Assembly (NCBI GenBank): GCA_963666515.2
Contig: OY762897.2
Span: 1,728,001 to 1,792,000 of the forward strand
Length of the DNA: 64,000 nt
Direction: 5' to 3'
Source of the DNA: Candidatus Binatia bacterium
Lineage (GTDB): Bacteria > Desulfobacterota > Binatia > UBA9968 > JAJDTQ01
The notes under the pieces were generated by a model. It did not search any database. It was not told the DNA's origin and saw only the letters and a list, made by a program, of their open reading frames with translations. Made by a program: the position numbers and the translations under genes. Shown in pieces: positions 59,373-64,000 of the stretch (the stretch's first letter is position 1; every line of letters starts with the position of its first letter).

Positions 59373-60218
59373 ATGGCCACCATGATAACCGAAGAGTGCA
59401 TCAACTGCGGCGCTTGCGAACCGGAATGTCCCAACGAAGCCATCACCCAGAACGATGATATCTACGTCATCGATCCAGTCCTGTGCACCGAATGTGTCGG
59501 CTTCCACGACTACGAAGCGTGCGCCGCGGTGTGTCCCGTGGACTGCTGCGTGACCGACCCCAACAACGTGGAAACCGAGGAGGTGCTCATCGGCCGGGCG
59601 CGTGAGATCCACGCCGACACCGACTTCGGCGACAGCTTCGAATCGCGGTTCCGCCCGGGCGAGGGCGGCGCCGCCCCGGCCGCGCCCGCCGAGGGGGCTG
59701 CCGACGCGCCTCCGCAGCCCGCCGCTGCCGCCCCGGCTGCCGCTGCCGCGCCCCAGCCCGCGGGAGCCCCGGCCGCGGTATTCGCCGACAACTCCCAGCC
59801 TTCGGTCACGATTCCGGCCCCGGACCAGTGGCTCGTGTCGCTCCACTGCTTCGCATGCGACAGGGTCTACGAGGTCGAGACCGGGCGCCTGACCATCGGC
59901 AACGTCCTGTTCTGCCCACACTGCTTCAAGTCGACGGTGGTCAAGGACGACCTCAACTACCTCGTCCGCACCACCGTGCAGCGGTTTCACGACGAGTGGA
60001 ACGACGACCTGTCGGAGTTCCTGGAGCGCCGGCAGCGGGAGCTGGAGCAGTTTCAGGAACGGCGCCAGAAAGAGTTGCGGGCCTTCGAGAAGGACCAGAA
60101 GAAGCGCCTGGACGAGTTCGGCAAGCAAATGGCCAAGCTCACCGAGGACTACCAGGCTCCCGGCAAGCGCATCCCGAAGCGGGCGCTGCTGAGCTGGCGC
60201 TCCAGGGCCGCCGGCTGA
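59373..60218 (+). CDS. YfhL/Alvin-type 2[4Fe-4S] ferredoxin fused to Ala/Pro linker, Zn ribbon and coiled coil
   Basis: CINCGACEPECP and CTECVG.HD..ACAAVCP; later CFAC...CPHC and an E/Q/R/K-rich helix. Confidence 0.85.
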   Translation: MATMITEECINCGACEPECPNEAITQNDDIYVIDPVLCTECVGFHDYEACAAVCPVDCCVTDPNNVETEEVLIGRAREIHADTDFGDSFESRFRPGEGGAAPAAPAEGAADAPPQPAAAAPAAAAAPQPAGAPAAVFADNSQPSVTIPAPDQWLVSLHCFACDRVYEVETGRLTIGNVLFCPHCFKSTVVKDDLNYLVRTTVQRFHDEWNDDLSEFLERRQRELEQFQERRQKELRAFEKDQKKRLDEFGKQMAKLTEDYQAPGKRIPKRALLSWRSRAAG

Positions 60219-60220
60219 CG

Positions 60221-60685
60221 TTGGCCGCCGACTTCCACATAATCTCGCTGACCCTTCACATCGGACTCGTAGTCGCCCTGTGGCTCATCCTGCTGCCTGC
60301 GCTCAAGCGGGAGTCCATGCGGGCGAGCCGGACCGAGCTGCTGGTCCGCGTGCTCCGAATCTACAACCCGGTGCAGATCGGGCTGCTGGGCATCCTCACC
60401 CTCACCGGAGCCTCCCGGATCACGGATCTCAAGGCGCTGCACGGCACGGCCTACACCCAGGAGTTCGGCGCGGCCCTGGCGGTCAAGCTGCTGCTGGCTT
60501 TCTTCGTCATCATGCTCGGCACCTGGCAGTGCATGGGCATCGCCCACCGTTTCGTCCGGCTTTCCGAATCCCCCGAGGGCGTGACCGCCGAGGGCACCGA
60601 CGCGGTCCTGCGCAAGCTGGACCGGTCCTCGGTCGTCATGCTGGTGTTCCTGGCGGCCACGGTCTGGGCCGGCCTTTCCATGTAG
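60221..60685 (+). CDS. Four-TM membrane protein (CopD/DUF4149-like)
   Basis: Probable TTG 2 bp after the ferredoxin stop; four hydrophobic segments; LTG and KL.L patterns. Confidence 0.65.
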   Translation: MAADFHIISLTLHIGLVVALWLILLPALKRESMRASRTELLVRVLRIYNPVQIGLLGILTLTGASRITDLKALHGTAYTQEFGAALAVKLLLAFFVIMLGTWQCMGIAHRFVRLSESPEGVTAEGTDAVLRKLDRSSVVMLVFLAATVWAGLSM

Positions 60686-60805
60686 GAGGCGGCAGCGGGC
60701 GGCGGGGGCGTCCGACGTGCTTGCAACCCGCCCCTGCATGCCTGTCCGCAAGCCGTCTGTTTGACAACCGCGGGGCTACCGGCTATTGCTCATGGGCACC
60801 GAGGC

Positions 60806-61177
60806 ATGACTTCCGTCAAAGAAAACAAGGACAGACCTGCCGCCAAGCCCAGGAAGGGCGTCAGCAGCACCCGGACCAAGGCATCATCCAGGAGCGCGGT
60901 CAACGATCCCGGCACGGATGAGGTCGAAGAGCAGGACCTGCCGGGCGACGCCGCCGGCCGGTTGAAGATCAAGAGACAGTACGAGGAGCTGCTGGGAATC
61001 CGCGTCGAGAAGCTCAAGGGGCGCGTGCTCAACCGGGAAAAGATCAACAAGACCATCGAGGGCATCTACTACATCTGCCTCGATTGCAAGAAAATCTGCC
61101 ACAACCTCGACGAGGGCCTGATCCAGGACCCCGAGACCCACATCTGCTACTGCGAGAGCTGCCGCAAGAAGAAGTGA
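60806..61177 (+). CDS. Small protein with DksA/TraR-like C4 zinc finger
   Basis: IEGIYYICLDCKKI...P...CYCESC resembles the DksA EGTYGxCxxC...CxxC region. Confidence 0.55.
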   Translation: MTSVKENKDRPAAKPRKGVSSTRTKASSRSAVNDPGTDEVEEQDLPGDAAGRLKIKRQYEELLGIRVEKLKGRVLNREKINKTIEGIYYICLDCKKICHNLDEGLIQDPETHICYCESCRKKK

Positions 61178-61179
61178 CT

Positions 61180-62188
61180 GCGGCCAGCGCTCAGGCCAGG
61201 GATGTGCCCGGTGCTCTGGGCGAATATGGCCGCGCCGCCGGACGCGAGCGGTTCGAGTTCGAGCAACAGTCCGCCTTGGCTGGGCGTCCACACCTTCTCA
61301 AGCCCGGCGCCATACCCCGGCCCAGCGGCGTAGACGGTCATCGGAAGATGCGTCGTGTACAGGTCCAGCACCGCCTCGCCTGCCCCGTCGGTGGTCGCCC
61401 GCACCCACGTCTTGTTCGGAAAGAGCGCGAGAACCTCGATGCCGGGCAGGGGCTCGCCTCCGGAATGCACCGTGACCGTCGCATCGGCGGGAACAAGCTC
61501 CAGTTTCGCGGCGGGGATGCGAAGCACCAAGCTGGACTCGTCGACCACCTCGTATTCCGGCAACACACCGGTGGCTTCCCGGGTTTCCTCACGGATGATC
61601 GACACGCCATCGCCACGGCGTTCCATCAGATACCTTCGATGGCCCGATCCCGCCACGTTGCCCACGGGAATGTGGCCGAAAACGGAAGCAATCACCTCGT
61701 TGCGGGTTGCCTGACTGGCGTCCATGCCTTCGATGGTCATGCCGTTCGGAAGCGGCCCGGGCGAATCGATCTTCGTCTCGGCGCAGGCGGCGCTTGGTCG
61801 CGCCTACCCGGACAAACGCCCGCCCGCTCCGCTCATGCAGGGCCTCGCCGCGCGGCACCCCCACAAGCACGAATGCCTTGCCGTCGAGTTCCCTGTGATG
61901 GACCTCGATGCGTAGCGGCGGCTCGACGGAGTGGGTGCTCACCTCCACCAGCAGGTGGTCCAGAGCCGCCATCTGTTCCCGCGACATGCCCTGGATCGTT
62001 CCGTCGTCAGCTACCCCGCACAGCATTACGCCGCCGTCCGCGTTGGCGAAAGCCCCGAGCTCGTCCGCGAAATCGTCTCGTCGCGGGCTGGTTGGAGTGT
62101 CGCCGTTGAACTCGATCTGCTTGAATTCCCAGCGACTGTCCTCGCCCAATTGCAGTTGGCGGCGGATGTCGTCGTCGCGGATCGTCAT
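61180..62188 (-). pseudogene. AlbA_2 (Schlafen-like) + RecG_C/HATPase_c_4 protein, internally deleted and frameshifted
   Basis: GEDSRWEFK...AFANADGG..L.GV.DDG in one frame; IDSPG.LPNG...RN..IA...MERRG.G in another; junction ~61770. Confidence 0.75.
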
Positions 62189-62290
62189 GTGACCTGCCAG
62201 CGCTTGGCGTAGGGATACACTCTCAGTATGGGCATCTTGCCACTTGCTCAAGGGATTTGCCACGACCTCCCGAACAACCTGCCCTGCCCT

Positions 62291-63118
62291 CTATATCCCG
62301 GATTCCTTCTCGACCCGCCGCGCGGTGGTGACGAAGCCGGTATGGGCGACCATCCGGTGCTGGGGCCGGACGCTCATCTCCTTGACGTGCCAGTAGCGGA
62401 CCAGCGTTTCCATGGTGTCGATGCAGGCGAACCCGCCGTGCTCATTGAGCGAGTCGACGAACCCCTTCACCTGCAGCACCGTCGGAACGTAGCCCAGGAA
62501 CACCCCGCCCGGCCGTAGCGCCCGCCACGCGAGGTCGGTCTGCCTCCACGGCTCCGGGAGATCGAGAAAGACCCGGTCGACGCTGAGGTCCCGGAGGCCG
62601 TCGGAGACGTCGCCCACCGTCAGGGTCCACTGGGGCGCCTCGCCGTAGTAGCGGGCCACGTTCCGTTCCGCGGCCCGGGCGTGCTCCTCTCTCGTCTCGA
62701 AGGAGATGACCCGCCCTCCGGGTCCCACCGCCCGCAGAAGCGCCAGCGTGAGCGCCCCCGGGCCGACGCCCGCCTCCACCACCGTGGCCCCCGGATAGAC
62801 GTCGCCCCACATGAGGATGAGCCCCAGGTCCTTGGGATAGATCACCTGGGCCTTGCGCGGCAGGTTCGGGATCAGCCGTTCGAGGGTGGGACGCAGCACC
62901 ACGAAGCGCTCCCGGATCGAGGATCGGACGCTGACGCCGTCCGGCTTGCCCAGAAGGTCGTCCACCGCGATGGCCCCGCCCCGGATGGAGATGGTCTCGC
63001 CGGCGCGGAGGGTCTTCAGGTACTCCCGGTCCTTCCGGTCGAAGAAAATGACCGAGTCGCCGTCGCGGAGCGGCTCGCCGGTGGTGCGAAGGCCGTGGAA
63101 AGTGCTTGAATCGGGAAT
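62291..63118 (-). CDS. trmI: tRNA (adenine-58-N1)-methyltransferase, probable ATT start
   Basis: RPTL..PRKAQVIYPKD, EAGVGPGALT, LDLPEPW, RPQHRMVAHTGF; AAGGAG 6 nt before ATT at 63118. Confidence 0.9.
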   Translation of the reverse strand: MPDSSTFHGLRTTGEPLRDGDSVIFFDRKDREYLKTLRAGETISIRGGAIAVDDLLGKPDGVSVRSSIRERFVVLRPTLERLIPNLPRKAQVIYPKDLGLILMWGDVYPGATVVEAGVGPGALTLALLRAVGPGGRVISFETREEHARAAERNVARYYGEAPQWTLTVGDVSDGLRDLSVDRVFLDLPEPWRQTDLAWRALRPGGVFLGYVPTVLQVKGFVDSLNEHGGFACIDTMETLVRYWHVKEMSVRPQHRMVAHTGFVTTARRVEKESGI

Positions 63119-63347
63119 GGTTTGCTCCTTACAACCGATTGGTCCGTGGGTGGTCGCACCACACAGTGTCAGTGTCTGGGTATCAGATCGAGGGTCGCAG
63201 GGCGAGACAGGGACCGGGGAACCCGCAACGGCAACCCAACTTGCGACATTCAGCAAATTGCCGTAAATCGAAGCAAAATTCACCCTGGTGATCAACGCTG
63301 ACTTGGCGCGACGCGCCAGCTGCATTCGTGAGCCAAGTAACGCAGGC

Positions 63348-63572
63348 ATGGAACAGCAAGACAAACCGCAAGGGGAGGGAGTTGGCCAGCGGGCCGTGAC
63401 GAATCATAGTCGTCAGCACACGCGTACAGCCATTGTCAAACACGAGCGGACCGTCCTTTCAGCCGATGATCGCGACGCAATCCTTGCCGCACTCTATCGG
63501 CCGGCCGACCCCACCGATGAACTGCGGCGAGCCTTTGCTCTACACCGCGCGCGAGTCGCCCGTGACGGTTGA
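63348..63572 (+). pseudogene. DUF1778-like antitoxin remnant
   Basis: C-terminal HERTVLSADDRDAILAAL.RP..P...LRRAF pattern; N-terminal RHH not recognisable; no GNAT toxin follows. Confidence 0.55.
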
Positions 63573-63825
63573 CGGTGATTTCGGCTACAACACCACGGCT
63601 CCGGTCCTTGAGGACGCCACCGACCCCGCACCGGCAATTGGGTAAACCCGCTCTATCGTCCGACCAATCTACTCCATCACTCGATGTACACAGCACTACC
63701 CAATTGGACGCGACCGTCATGGCGCGGAAGAATAGGATGACACCCACCGCTTGGCACGATCCGCCTTCTTTCCAGCATCGAAACAATGTGAATGTGCCGT
63801 TCACGCGCGAAGCAGGAGGACAGAC

Positions 63826-64000
63826 ATGGAGGCAACCAGCCGGAGGCCTCTGAGTCCGGCCTTCCGCATGGCCCTCCTTGCGGGGACAATCGCGTCGGTC
63901 CGCTTGCACCTGCGCTCAGGCGGAGATGTCAATGCAGCCGACGAGAGGGGCCGTTCGCCACTGATTCTGGCAGCTTCCAAGGGGCGTATCGATCTTTGCC
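63826..64000 (+). CDS. Ankyrin-repeat protein, N-terminus (3'-partial)
   Basis: SD AGGAGG; MEATSRRPLSPAFRMALLAG...GGDVNAADERGRSPLILAASKGRIDLC is an ankyrin consensus; not in the ORF track because it runs off the edge. Confidence 0.8.
   Translation, partial: MEATSRRPLSPAFRMALLAGTIASVRLHLRSGGDVNAADERGRSPLILAASKGRIDLC

Noticed and set aside
63119-63364. 82-aa N-terminal extension of TrmI from the ORF track
   Set aside because: Non-protein-like, lower GC, and a strong SD points to the ATT at 63118.
63119-63825. tRNA or integration site at the putative island edge
   Set aside because: No cloverleaf, T-loop consensus, integrase or direct repeat recognised.

Overview
High-GC bacterial window dominated by catabolic genes. 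No rRNA, tRNA, CRISPR array or intact transposase was recognised. The gene mix (many amidohydrolases, LLM oxidoreductases, UbiD decarboxylases, Uma2 proteins, REP-like palindromes, toxin-antitoxin remnants) resembles uncultured Binatia/'Deltaproteobacteria' MAGs; this is an inference only. The centrepiece is a ~23 kb minus-strand cluster (24579-47504). It holds four UbiD/prFMN decarboxylases (one frameshifted), two coupled Rieske oxygenase + Gfo/Idh/MocA dehydrogenase pairs, two bicupins, a DesZ/LigB-type ring-cleavage dioxygenase, a BphD/MhpC-like hydrolase, RidA, an ABC importer and a PanB-like enzyme lacking the catalytic Glu. A dmpE/F/G-type lower pathway follows at 51.4-54.2 kb. No UbiX, Rieske reductase or dedicated catabolic regulator is visible. 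Other oddities: three Asp/Glu-racemase-fold proteins (two with no Cys at all), probable non-canonical ATT (trmI) and ATA (hicB) starts behind strong SD sites, a ferredoxin-zinc ribbon-coiled-coil fusion next to a lone Mo-hydroxylase large subunit, a DksA-like Zn finger, several orphan antitoxins, and the start of an ankyrin protein at the right edge that may begin an MZA-type defence locus. All calls come from motif recognition by eye; no database searches were run.
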